Assembly (NCBI GenBank): GCA_002082305.1 | Contig: LSNO01000114.1 | Span: 3,431-67,430, forward strand | Direction of reading: 5' to 3' | DNA: 64,000 nucleotides | Origin: SAR324 cluster bacterium SAR324-CTD7B | GTDB lineage: Bacteria; SAR324; NAC60-12 | In this document: positions 1-9,111 of the stretch, piece after piece | Layout of the letters: each line of letters opens with the position of its first letter | How positions within the stretch are numbered: the stretch's first letter is position 1 | Notes under the pieces: generated by a model | Seen by the model: the letters and a program-made list of their open reading frames with translations, nothing else | What the model was told of the DNA's origin: nothing | The model's database searches: none | Program-made: the position numbers and the translations under genes

Positions 1-727
1 CATATAACACATCGAAGGCATCCCGAAGATAGCCAAAAAACTGCTCTCCGGAATTAAAACCCTGTGGGCTGGCAAAGCGCATATCGTTGGTGTCCAGAGT
101 GTAGGGAACCACCAAATGAGGATCTCCTGCAGGGGTTTCTACCCAGTAAGGCAAATCGTCCGCATAAGAATCGGCATCGTATAAAAACCCTCCGGCTTCC
201 TGTACCAAACGCTGAGTGTTGGAACTGGTGCGCCCGGTGTACCAACCCAAAGGTCTGCTCCCCGTAACACGGGTATGGATATCAATGGCTTTTGCCATAT
301 GTACACGCTCGATGTCTTCGGGTATATTTTTGTAATCAATCCAGCGATAGCCGTGAGACGCAATTTCCCAATCGGCTTGCAGCATGGCCTCAACAGCCTC
401 CGGATTACGTTCCAAAGCCATGGCTACGCCGAAAATCGTCACCGGAATATTCCGGCTGGTGAAAAGACGATGTAAGCGCCAAAATCCCGCACGGCTGCCA
501 TATTCATAAAGAGACTCCATGCTCATATGGCGTGCTCCGACAAAGGGCGGCGCACCGATAATTTCGGAAAGAAATGTTTCGGATGCAGGGTCTCCGTGGA
601 GGATACAGTTTTCTCCTCCTTCCTCATAATTGATGACAAATTGGACGGCAATCCGGGCTTTTCCGGGCCACTCCGGATTCGGTGGATGTTGGCCGTAGCC
701 GACCATGTCGCGGGGATAAATTTCCAT
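1..727 (-). CDS. puuE: Allantoinase PuuE (polysaccharide-deacetylase fold); C-terminus runs off the left window edge
   Basis: Absent from the ORF track because no stop lies in the window. My translation of the minus strand from ATG 727-725 gives MEIYPRDMVGYGQHPPNPEWPGKARIAVQFVINYEEGGENCILHGD...SMESLYEYGSRAGFWR...SHGYRWIDY...PLGWYTGR...VVPYTLDTNDMRF...DAFDVLY, open to nt 2. These are the conserved PuuE blocks. Confidence 0.85.
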   Translation of the reverse strand, partial: MEIYPRDMVGYGQHPPNPEWPGKARIAVQFVINYEEGGENCILHGDPASETFLSEIIGAPPFVGARHMSMESLYEYGSRAGFWRLHRLFTSRNIPVTIFGVAMALERNPEAVEAMLQADWEIASHGYRWIDYKNIPEDIERVHMAKAIDIHTRVTGSRPLGWYTGRTSSNTQRLVQEAGGFLYDADSYADDLPYWVETPAGDPHLVVPYTLDTNDMRFASPQGFNSGEQFFGYLRDAFDVLY

Positions 728-820
728 GTAATTTCCAAAATAAAATGGCTATATTTACCAAAAAATACTAACCCTAGTCTTTAGGCTTTACAACTTAAAA
801 TCAAATTTCACGTCAAATAT

Positions 821-970
821 ATGGACTCTAACATTATCGAATGGTTGAATCTGGTTGTCCGCTGGATTCATGTCATTAAGGGAATATTTTCACGGCCCAA
901 TGGCATCTGGCGGAGGGTTGACGGATTTGATTTTACGGTGTTTGGTTTTTGGGTTTTGTATTCGGTGTAG
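821..970 (+). pseudogene. Possible N-terminal relic of urate hydroxylase PuuD (49 codons, diverges after about 20 aa)
   Basis: Short ORF below the track cutoff: MDSNIIEWLNLVVRWIHVIKGIFSRPNGIWRRV.... The first ~20 aa resemble the PuuD N-terminus as I remember it (..EWLNL..RW.H.I.G), then similarity is lost. It lies divergent to puuE, the usual puuD position. Confidence 0.35.
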
Positions 971-1022
971 TTCCTTTAGAAAAAAATGTGCTTGCTGTTT
1001 TAAATAATTCTGCTGGAAAAGA

Positions 1023-1997
1023 TCAGAAAAAGAAGGTGGAACTTAGTTCCCAACGGTTTGCAATAGGGGTGTTTTGTCCGGCAAGTGGGCGAGTGTAACC
1101 CAGGCGGACTTGCCAGGGGGTAGACAGTGGTTTTTGCTCAAGGTCACTCAGGTTACCATAACCGAATTCAAAATTTATCTCTTTAAGAAAAGCAGCATTA
1201 GATTTTCCTGTTGGCAAACTGCTTTCTGCCTGTTGGTAATAATGCAGTTCTGTGCCGGCAAATATATTTTGCCTCTCAATACTCCAGTTGTAGAAAAGGT
1301 CTACGCGATGCCCTGCAGAGTAATATCCTTTTTCTCCATCAAGTGTTTCACGTTTGCCAACCAGTTCATTTGTGCCTTCTATCCTGAATGCATTCCGAAT
1401 CCCGTGTGTCAGAGGATACCAATTAAAATGAAAATAGGCACCGACTGAGCCATGGCCCTCTCCGGTTGAATTTGTAGAAATACCGCGGGGAGTCCCAGTT
1501 GTACCTGTAGGCAGTCGCAAAGTGAAACCGCCGCGATTATGCCAGGTCGTAGTCGTAACTATGTCTTTGGCAAATATAAGCTTGATATCACCAAGTCCAC
1601 TTAGATTTTCTGAAGCCAAATTTTCGAGAACTTTCTGCTGAATAGCTGTAGCGGATTCAATTTTGAGAGTAGAGGTTTGTTTTTTTTGCAGTAAAGGTAT
1701 AGTTGCCTCCAGCATCCACTTTTCAGTCAGACCGTATGCCATGCGGATTTCAAGTCTCTGCTCTTCACGCTGCAACTTACCAACGACCGAATCTCGCCAT
1801 ACTCTGTCCCAGAGCATGAGTTGCTGCAAAGGTGCTTCTTCTCCATAACCATTAAAAGCCCGATCGTAAACCGGCGTATGCTGCAAACGCATTTCGACTT
1901 CCCAGACTGATTCCGGCAAGCGGTTTTCGAACTCAATGGCGTGTGTTGGTGTTGGAATCAGGAATACTGCAACGAGAATGAATAAATAATACTTCAT
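1023..1997 (-). CDS. Outer-membrane beta-barrel protein (MetA-pathway-of-phenol-degradation-like transporter family, tentative)
   Basis: 324 aa with N-terminal signal peptide (MKYYLFILVAVFLIPTPTHA), alternating beta-strand pattern, SGLGD motif and aromatic C-terminus (STFFF). Start overlaps the maf stop (ATGA). Confidence 0.6.
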   Translation of the reverse strand: MKYYLFILVAVFLIPTPTHAIEFENRLPESVWEVEMRLQHTPVYDRAFNGYGEEAPLQQLMLWDRVWRDSVVGKLQREEQRLEIRMAYGLTEKWMLEATIPLLQKKQTSTLKIESATAIQQKVLENLASENLSGLGDIKLIFAKDIVTTTTWHNRGGFTLRLPTGTTGTPRGISTNSTGEGHGSVGAYFHFNWYPLTHGIRNAFRIEGTNELVGKRETLDGEKGYYSAGHRVDLFYNWSIERQNIFAGTELHYYQQAESSLPTGKSNAAFLKEINFEFGYGNLSDLEQKPLSTPWQVRLGYTRPLAGQNTPIANRWELSSTFFF

Positions 1998-2629
1998 CCG
2001 TACACCTCATGTTGAGTATTTTCTGCAAAGGAAATCCAGCCATTTGCGGTCAAGTTTGGAATTATGCATTCAATGGGAAATCCTACAACATTGCTGTATG
2101 ACCCGGAGATTGATTCAACTAAAATTGCACCTAAACCTTGAATTGAATATGCACCAGCTTTATCAAAAGGTTCTTTGGAGTTAAGATACCACTCAAGCAG
2201 GTCGGCATCTAATTTTAAAAAACGGACTTCCGTACAAACAAGATCTGTTATTTGATTTCCGGAAGAGGAATCTAAGATTGAATATCCGGAAAAAACCTGA
2301 TGTGTCCTTCCACTCAATTGAGTCAGCATTGTCCTGGCATCCTGAATTGATTGCGGTTTCCCCAGTATTTTTCCGTCAAAATAAACAATAGTATCTCCTG
2401 CGAGGATTATGACATCTTCTGCCAGTTTTGAGTATGTCCTTTGTACCTGCAGGGCTTTTTCATGGGCCATTCGTTTGACAAAACTTTTTGCAGACTCGCT
2501 TTTCTCCGGTGTTTCATTAATTATTGGAGTGTGACAGTCAAATTGGAGGCCATATTTTTTCAAAAACATCTTGCGACGAGGTGAAGAAGAGGCCAGGCAC
2601 AAAGGGCGATGCTGTATAAACTGGGACAT
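1994..2629 (-). CDS. maf: Maf-like nucleoside triphosphate pyrophosphatase (septum formation protein)
   Basis: LASSSPRRKMFLKKYGLQF...ILAGDTIVYFDGKILGKP...KAGAYSIQG motifs. I use the internal ATG at 2629 because the 294-aa track ORF would overlap the mrdA 3' end by 167 nt. Confidence 0.85.
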   Translation of the reverse strand: MSQFIQHRPLCLASSSPRRKMFLKKYGLQFDCHTPIINETPEKSESAKSFVKRMAHEKALQVQRTYSKLAEDVIILAGDTIVYFDGKILGKPQSIQDARTMLTQLSGRTHQVFSGYSILDSSSGNQITDLVCTEVRFLKLDADLLEWYLNSKEPFDKAGAYSIQGLGAILVESISGSYSNVVGFPIECIIPNLTANGWISFAENTQHEVYG

Positions 2630-2711
2630 TCTATGAGAGTTTAAAGCAGATTGTTTATAAAGTTGCAGACGATGCAGGTAATTGCATACATTCCTGTCTG
2701 GAATCAGGATT

Positions 2712-4598
2712 TCAGTTGAAGGCCATTTGAAGACGTGTACTGAATTTGAAATTTTTTGACTCGAAGTTAGTTTGCACTGTTTTTTTAGATTTTGGTTTGT
2801 AAATATTGTCGATGTAGTAGCTAAGTATTTTTCGAACAACTGGAGCAGCAACTCTTGAACCGCCACCACCGTGTTCAACCAGTGCTATCACTGAAATTTC
2901 CGGATCTTCCGCTGGCCCAAAAGCTACAAACCAGGCATGGTTCTGAAATTCTTTTTTTAGCTTTGCTTCTTCGTCAAGTGTCTCCATGGTTTTGGTACTG
3001 ATAACCTGTGAGGTCGCAGTTTTTCCAGCAACAGTAAATTCTTCAAACTGAACTTTACGGGCAGTTCCACCAGCTTCATTTACCACTGCAATCATTCCCT
3101 TGCGGATTAAGCTCAAATATTCTTTGTTTAAAGGTATTTGTTGAGGTGCCGTTCCTTCATCTTCCAAAAAAAGCCTGGGTGGCACCCACATTCCGTCATT
3201 TGCAAGAATATTAATCATATTAATTACCTGAAGCGGCGTAACAATAATAAAACCCTGCCCGATTGACATGGAAGGGGTTTCACCACCATACCATGGTTCG
3301 TTAAAAACTCTTTTTTTCCAACTGCTGCTGGGAATTAATCCGGCTTTTTCATTCAAGAGCCCAACTCCGGTTAATTTTCCCAGGCGGAACAGGCTTGCGA
3401 ATTTATGCAACTCATCAACTCCTGCTCCCATTCCAGTATTATAGAAGAAGACGTTGCATGATCCTTTAATTGCGTCATGCAGTTTAACTCTTCCATGGCC
3501 CGTTTCCTTCCAGCATTTAAATGGTTCACTGCGGCCTTTAACATGAAAAAACCCATTACATACATATTCTGTTTCAGGTGTAATAGCACCATTTTCAAGT
3601 CCGGCATAAGCTGTGACTACTTTAAAAATTGATCCGGGAGCATAGAGACCTTGAATAGCTTTGTTTTCCATAGGATGTTGCGGATTTTCCAAGAGACGTT
3701 TCCAATTTTCCGGATCTATTCCTCCGGAAAACAAATTTGGATCAAAATCAGGAAAACTTGCCAGGGCAAGAATTCCGCCGGTTTTTGGATTCATGACAAT
3801 TACCGCACCGCTTTCACCCTTCATGGCATCAGTTGCAACTTTCTGGAGACGGACATCCAGGCTCAAAGTGATATTTTTTCCAGGCACAGAGGGGACAGGT
3901 TCTCCTAAAACCTGCAGTTCCCTCCCCATATGATCAACTTCAGCCTGTCGGCCGCCATCGAGTCCAATCATGTGATCGTTCTCAAGAAGTTCAACTCCGG
4001 AGTGACCGACAATCTGGCTGGAACTCCGTTTCTCTGCCGGCAATTCTGACCAATCTTCCTGGACAATTCCGACATAGCCGATAAGATGAGATGCAAAGTT
4101 TTTTTGTGGATAAAATCTGCTTGGACGGACCACAACAGAAACACCTGGGAAATCATCCTGAAATGTTTCCAGATGCATGGCTTTTTCATATTCCAAGTCT
4201 TCTTCAAGTATAATTGGCCTAAACTGAGCCAAATCCTGATTGGCATCAATTTTTTCCTGTAGTGCAGAATAGGAGATTTTGAGAGATTCTGAAACTTTGT
4301 GCAAAGTTGTTTCCAGATTTGGCGTGTCCTCTCTTATCAGGAGCAGTTGGTAAGCAGGGCGGTTTTCGGCCAGTAAAACTCCATTCCTGTCATAAATATT
4401 TCCACGCAAAGCAGGTTCCGGAACTAGACGAATGCGGTTGCCCTGAGAAAATTCGAGATATTTTTCGCCCTGGGAAATTTGCAGATACCAAAGACGCGAA
4501 GCCAGCAGGGAGAAAATCAAAATTACGACTCCACCCAAAATAATGAGGCGAATCCGAATCCGGTCCAACTCTTCAAAATCAAGAGGATTCAGTTTCAT
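2712..4598 (-). CDS. mrdA: Penicillin-binding protein 2 (elongasome transpeptidase)
   Basis: N-terminal TM helix, PBP dimerisation domain, transpeptidase motifs (APGSIFK, SCN, KTAT = KTGT box). ATG at 4598 has an AGGGGA Shine-Dalgarno 6 nt upstream; the 4631 start is a TTG. Position after mreC-mreD. Confidence 0.9.
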   Translation of the reverse strand: MKLNPLDFEELDRIRIRLIILGGVVILIFSLLASRLWYLQISQGEKYLEFSQGNRIRLVPEPALRGNIYDRNGVLLAENRPAYQLLLIREDTPNLETTLHKVSESLKISYSALQEKIDANQDLAQFRPIILEEDLEYEKAMHLETFQDDFPGVSVVVRPSRFYPQKNFASHLIGYVGIVQEDWSELPAEKRSSSQIVGHSGVELLENDHMIGLDGGRQAEVDHMGRELQVLGEPVPSVPGKNITLSLDVRLQKVATDAMKGESGAVIVMNPKTGGILALASFPDFDPNLFSGGIDPENWKRLLENPQHPMENKAIQGLYAPGSIFKVVTAYAGLENGAITPETEYVCNGFFHVKGRSEPFKCWKETGHGRVKLHDAIKGSCNVFFYNTGMGAGVDELHKFASLFRLGKLTGVGLLNEKAGLIPSSSWKKRVFNEPWYGGETPSMSIGQGFIIVTPLQVINMINILANDGMWVPPRLFLEDEGTAPQQIPLNKEYLSLIRKGMIAVVNEAGGTARKVQFEEFTVAGKTATSQVISTKTMETLDEEAKLKKEFQNHAWFVAFGPAEDPEISVIALVEHGGGGSRVAAPVVRKILSYYIDNIYKPKSKKTVQTNFESKNFKFSTRLQMAFN

Positions 4599-5095
4599 GC
4601 TGTATCCCCTATGAAATGATTTTCTCCCCAAATTACACTTTGAAGAATAAATGGGGTTACCAGCCCATGCAAAACGGCAAGTGGAAGAGTTGAGGTCAGC
4701 ATTAGAGAAGATTGGTTCAGCTCAGTTTCCAGCATGCCCAGAATGGATAGAGATATCCAACCCTCCAGGATTGTCATAACTGAGACAGCAAGGCTGACTG
4801 CAAAAAAAGTATTTGCGTAAAATAATTTAATTAACTGACGGGCAAGTAACAGGGTTACAAAAAAAGAAATTCCATAAAGCCCTATGTAACCATGCGAAAG
4901 TGAGTCTAAAATCATTCCCGCAAATACACCGAGAAATGACAGCGAAATTGAAGAATGACGGAATGTCAGCACAAGTATAAAAATAAGCATCCAGTTTATT
5001 TTTAAACCGACTGGCAGAAAATAGTAGTTGAAAACGATGTTCATCAAGACACCGATTAACAAAAACCCTAAAGAAAGCATGAATAATCGCATCAT
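4595..5095 (-). CDS. mreD: Rod shape-determining protein MreD
   Basis: 166-aa polytopic membrane protein immediately downstream of mreC, with ATGA overlap at both ends. Confidence 0.8.
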   Translation of the reverse strand: MMRLFMLSLGFLLIGVLMNIVFNYYFLPVGLKINWMLIFILVLTFRHSSISLSFLGVFAGMILDSLSHGYIGLYGISFFVTLLLARQLIKLFYANTFFAVSLAVSVMTILEGWISLSILGMLETELNQSSLMLTSTLPLAVLHGLVTPFILQSVIWGENHFIGDTA

Positions 5096-5928
5096 TCAAC
5101 AGACAAATTAGAATCAGATTTGGAAGGCAAAATTGCAAATACCTCTTCTATTTGATTAAAGTCAACAGCACTGTCCAATCTTGCAGTTTTGAAAAGTTCA
5201 TGGGGTTCGTGGTTGATTCCACTGACCCAGCCAATTAGGATTCCTTTAGGATACAGATTCCCAAGACCACTGGAAATAACGCGATCTCCAATTTTAATTT
5301 TCGCATGCTGATTAATTTGCCTCATTTCCATGCCATCGTGAGTTCCATAAATCAAACCTCTAACGCGATTACGTTGAATCAAAGCAGGAACACGGCTGCG
5401 GTGGTCAATAATCAGTTGTACTGAAGACTGATAAGGTGAAACAGACTGAATACGGCCGACCAACCCCTCTTTGCGGATAACAATGTAGTTACGCTGAAGC
5501 AATTGGTTGCTCCCGCGGTTTATCAAGCGAATCTGATGAGTGTTGTCTGCAGACTCTCCAATAATTTCTGAAAATATTTCCTTGTGGGCTTTTTTTTGTG
5601 CAAAGAGCAGTTGAGACCTCAATCTGAAAAACTGTACAGAATTCTCAATGTGCTGATTCAGCTTCTCTTCCATATTCAGCAACTGCTGTTTGAGCAGCTT
5701 ATTCTCTTCATTAACCTCAATAAGATTTATGTAAGAATTCCAGGTATTTTTTATAGTTGATACGACAGACTGCACTGAGGTCTGCACGGGGTATGTTATG
5801 GTTTGTACTGCCATTTGAAACCTGGATGTACCTTGCTCGTTATATGTTTGATACATTAGGAAAAACAGAACAATGAGGGTAGCAACGATGGAAATATAAA
5901 GACGGTAAGTACCGATAAACTTGAACAT
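5092..5928 (-). CDS. mreC: Rod shape-determining protein MreC
   Basis: 278 aa with N-terminal TM helix, coiled-coil (ENKLLKQQLLNMEEKL) and C-terminal beta domains (GDRVISSGLGNLYPKGILIG). Confidence 0.85.
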   Translation of the reverse strand: MFKFIGTYRLYISIVATLIVLFFLMYQTYNEQGTSRFQMAVQTITYPVQTSVQSVVSTIKNTWNSYINLIEVNEENKLLKQQLLNMEEKLNQHIENSVQFFRLRSQLLFAQKKAHKEIFSEIIGESADNTHQIRLINRGSNQLLQRNYIVIRKEGLVGRIQSVSPYQSSVQLIIDHRSRVPALIQRNRVRGLIYGTHDGMEMRQINQHAKIKIGDRVISSGLGNLYPKGILIGWVSGINHEPHELFKTARLDSAVDFNQIEEVFAILPSKSDSNLSVE

Positions 5929-5987
5929 ATTTTTATTAACGAGTGCTTTTTGTCAGTTGATTACTGTGGAACAGTATTCTTAAAACT

Positions 5988-7277
5988 TCAGACAATTTCC
6001 CTTAGGAGTACTACGGGTTTCAGCATGTAGTCTGCCTGGTTAATTTCTTTGAGAGCTTTGTGGACCAATCCTTCTTTACAGTTCTGGAGTGTCAGTGTGA
6101 AAATCACTGTTTCCTCGCCTTCTTTACCAATACGGTGGTACTGCGGCAACTGCTCCAAAGCATATATGTTAATTGAATGCCGCTCAAAGATACTGCCGTA
6201 GTGACCGAATATTCCCGGCTGGTCCCGAACTTCAAAGCGTAATGTGTGGCGAAATTGTATGTTGTCCATCGATTCAATCTCTAACTTTCTGGAACCTGTG
6301 GGTTGAGGAAATGGTTCGGGGTGACTTTGAACTTTGTTCAAATCCGAAACAATCGCCGAGGCTGTCGGAAGGCTCCCTGCGCCTTTCCCAATGAGGGTGA
6401 TGTCTTCTGTATACTTTCCTGTGAAAGTCACTGCATTTGTTGAGCCGGATATTTTAGCCAGAATATCATCTTTTTTAATCATGAGAGGCAAAACATAAAC
6501 CTGAACTCCTTGATCACTGAGGCGAAGATTTGCGATCAATTTAATGCTCCGGCCCATTCGTTCAGCATATTCAAAATCAGCCAGTTCCAAGTGATCGATT
6601 CCCTCCAAATTGATTTGCTCAGGCGCAAACCACTGACCAGTAATTAAATAAGTCAGAATTACGAGTTTGTAACGGGCATCAATTCCCTTGATATCGTTTG
6701 TCGGATCCTGTTCTGCAAATCCCAATTCCTGAGCCTGTGAAAGTGCAGTCTCAAAAGAAAGGTCATTGCATTCCATTTCACTTAGAATGTAGTTTGTTGT
6801 ACCGTTCAGAATTGCCCGGATACCCTGAATATCCTGTACTTGCAGATAATCTTTAAGTAACCGCAAAACCGGAATTGCTCCAGCCACAGCCGCTTCAAAA
6901 AGCAAATGACGTCCGTTTTCTCGCGCGACTGCCATCAGTTCAGCACCGTGAACCGCAATCAAATCCTTATTTGCAGTAACGACATGTTTCCCGTTCTTTA
7001 AGGCCTTTGTGATCAGTTCACGGGAAAATCCGCTTCCTCCTATGGTCTCAACAATTACATTAACCTGTGAATCAGCAAGAAGTTTATCCGGATTATCATA
7101 AAACAATTCCGGTCTTTTTTCGAACCATGGCCTGGCAAATTTCCCCTTAGTATCACTTTCCAGAATTCCCACGAGATTAATGGTTGCATCAGGTTCTTTG
7201 CTATGTTGTTCTAAAACGTGTGCGACACCACTGCCAATTGTACCGAACCCGGCAATTGCTATATTTAATGCTGACAT
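5988..7277 (-). CDS. hom: Homoserine dehydrogenase with C-terminal ACT domain
   Basis: IAIAGFGTIGSGV Rossmann motif, HVVTANKDLIA, ILNGTTNYIL, GFAEQDPTNDIKGIDA, C-terminal ACT-like region. Confidence 0.9.
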   Translation of the reverse strand: MSALNIAIAGFGTIGSGVAHVLEQHSKEPDATINLVGILESDTKGKFARPWFEKRPELFYDNPDKLLADSQVNVIVETIGGSGFSRELITKALKNGKHVVTANKDLIAVHGAELMAVARENGRHLLFEAAVAGAIPVLRLLKDYLQVQDIQGIRAILNGTTNYILSEMECNDLSFETALSQAQELGFAEQDPTNDIKGIDARYKLVILTYLITGQWFAPEQINLEGIDHLELADFEYAERMGRSIKLIANLRLSDQGVQVYVLPLMIKKDDILAKISGSTNAVTFTGKYTEDITLIGKGAGSLPTASAIVSDLNKVQSHPEPFPQPTGSRKLEIESMDNIQFRHTLRFEVRDQPGIFGHYGSIFERHSINIYALEQLPQYHRIGKEGEETVIFTLTLQNCKEGLVHKALKEINQADYMLKPVVLLREIV

Positions 7278-7306
7278 CAGTTTGATTTTTTTATTGTTGA
7301 ATATTA

Positions 7307-7699
7307 TTAGTTAACAGAAGAAATTTCTGCAATTGCATCCATTTCAACATCTGCTCCTTTTGGTAAATTACTTACTTCTACACATGCCCGTGCAGGTTTA
7401 GAAACATCAAAATATTCTGAGTATATTTCATTTAACTCACCAAATTGAGCCAGATTTTTCATGTAAATTGTGACTTTCAGTACACGTTCCAATCCCGAAC
7501 CTCCTGCTTCCAGAATTATTTTAAGATTTAAAAGTACCCGGTGACATTGTTCTGCAAACGAATTCCCAACCAGTTCTCCACTCTCAGGATCAAGTGGGAT
7601 TTGTCCGGAAACATACAGGATGTTACCGCAGCTTACGGCTTGAGAATAAGGGCCTACGGGTGCAGGCGCCTTTGATGTTTTGATAATTGAACGTGACAT
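7307..7699 (-). CDS. ridA: RidA family (YjgF/L-PSP) reactive enamine/imine deaminase
   Basis: 130 aa: APAPVGPYSQAV...YVSGQIPLDP...PARACVEVSNLPKGADVEMDAIA. Confidence 0.9.
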   Translation of the reverse strand: MSRSIIKTSKAPAPVGPYSQAVSCGNILYVSGQIPLDPESGELVGNSFAEQCHRVLLNLKIILEAGGSGLERVLKVTIYMKNLAQFGELNEIYSEYFDVSKPARACVEVSNLPKGADVEMDAIAEISSVN

Positions 7700-7719
7700 T
7701 TTCTGGTTTACTCAGAATA

Positions 7720-8754
7720 TTATTTATCAATTTTTCTTTTTAGAAATTGATACCACTGCAAGCGGTCGAAAATACTTTGATCCATCGCAAACCAATCTGC
7801 GCAGCCGAGTGTTGCCGCTTCTTCGAGCAATTGCGGTGATTTAATGTTGCCATTAATTATCATTGGCTTGTCAGTATACTTTGCTGACCAGTGGCACAAA
7901 GGTTCTTTGTTTTCAAAACACTTATTCATTGCATGGATAGCGAGTGGATGGAAAATATCTACACCTGCATTTTCCAGTAATGTCAACATTTTTTTAAGAT
8001 CTTTGGGCTTGAATCCATCATCAATTTTATCAAAGATGGAAAAGTAATAACTAAGTGGAATTTTGACCGACTCACGTTTCTTGATAGAGTTGACTACATC
8101 CAGTGCCAGTTGCACACGATTCTCAATCTTTGCTGTACCATATTCGTCATCACGATTGTTAAGTTTTATACAACAACATTGATCCAGCAATTGTTGTTCA
8201 GTTCCATTTATTTCAACAAAATCCATACCGACTTCTTCTGCACGTTCAGCAGCATGCACAAAATTGAGTACAATCTCTTCAACATCACCTTGATCGAATT
8301 CACGGCTGATGTCAAAATCCCGACCAAAATTCAGCACAGAAGGCCCCACAGGCTGTTCACCACAAGCACTTTCAGAAGTCTGTGCACCTGCGTGACTGAG
8401 ACGGATTCCGATAGTGGCACCCTCTTTTTTTACACCCTGGGCTAATTTTTCCAAACCCTCAAGATGCTCTTCATCTGAAATTCCCAGCTGGTTGACGTGA
8501 CTTCGCCCCTGCTTTGTCACATAGGCAGACTCCACAATTATCGTACCTGCACCCTGCCGTGCTAAAGAACGGTAGTGTTTGATTATTGCCAGTGTTACTT
8601 TGCCATGTACATCCGCGTGATCGTCCACTGTTGGCGGTGCAAGGATACGATTCCGGAACTGAATTCCTTGAACTTTGAAGGGCTGAAACACGGCCCCGAT
8701 TTTTGACTGAGCAATTTTTGTTGAAATTGAACTAGATTTTGATACGGAAGGCAT
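7720..8754 (-). CDS. NADH:flavin oxidoreductase, Old Yellow Enzyme-like TIM barrel
   Basis: FQPFKVQGIQFRNRILAPP N-terminal motif, LSHAGAQ, GMDFVEING. Divergent member, function not assignable. Confidence 0.6.
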   Translation of the reverse strand: MPSVSKSSSISTKIAQSKIGAVFQPFKVQGIQFRNRILAPPTVDDHADVHGKVTLAIIKHYRSLARQGAGTIIVESAYVTKQGRSHVNQLGISDEEHLEGLEKLAQGVKKEGATIGIRLSHAGAQTSESACGEQPVGPSVLNFGRDFDISREFDQGDVEEIVLNFVHAAERAEEVGMDFVEINGTEQQLLDQCCCIKLNNRDDEYGTAKIENRVQLALDVVNSIKKRESVKIPLSYYFSIFDKIDDGFKPKDLKKMLTLLENAGVDIFHPLAIHAMNKCFENKEPLCHWSAKYTDKPMIINGNIKSPQLLEEAATLGCADWFAMDQSIFDRLQWYQFLKRKIDK

Positions 8755-8784
8755 TGCTGTTTCTATGTGTTGATTGTTAAATGA

Positions 8785-9111
8785 TTAACGCTGTACTTTT
8801 TCTTCTAAGCCAGATTGACCGAACCGTTTTTTCAGTTCTTGTGAAATATCTTCTATTGTAATCCCCTGATATCCCATCAGGATGAGCAAGTGAAACCAGA
8901 GATCGGTAATTTCGTGTATTTGTTCTTTCCTGTTCTCGTTTTTTGTAGCCAGAATTACTTCGGCAGATTCCTCACCGATTTTTTTCAAAATGGAATCTAT
9001 ACCTTTGTCCATCAAGGAGGCTACATATGAATTATCCGGAGAGTAATTTTTTCGTTCCAGGATAACATCATAAACCCTTTGAAACATTGTTGCGGAGGTT
9101 CCTGTTTTCAT
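8785..9111 (-). CDS. hisE: Phosphoribosyl-ATP pyrophosphohydrolase (stand-alone HisE)
   Basis: 108 aa: SYVASLMDKGIDSILKKIGEESAEVILA...EITDLWFHLLILM. ATGA overlap with the upstream response regulator. Confidence 0.85.
   Translation of the reverse strand: MKTGTSATMFQRVYDVILERKNYSPDNSYVASLMDKGIDSILKKIGEESAEVILATKNENRKEQIHEITDLWFHLLILMGYQGITIEDISQELKKRFGQSGLEEKVQR

Noticed and set aside
2630-2878. N-terminal 83-aa extension of the Maf ORF in the track
   Set aside because: It overlaps the 3' end of mrdA by 167 nt and has no Maf similarity. The conserved Maf N-terminus (LASSSPRR) begins right after the internal ATG at 2629.
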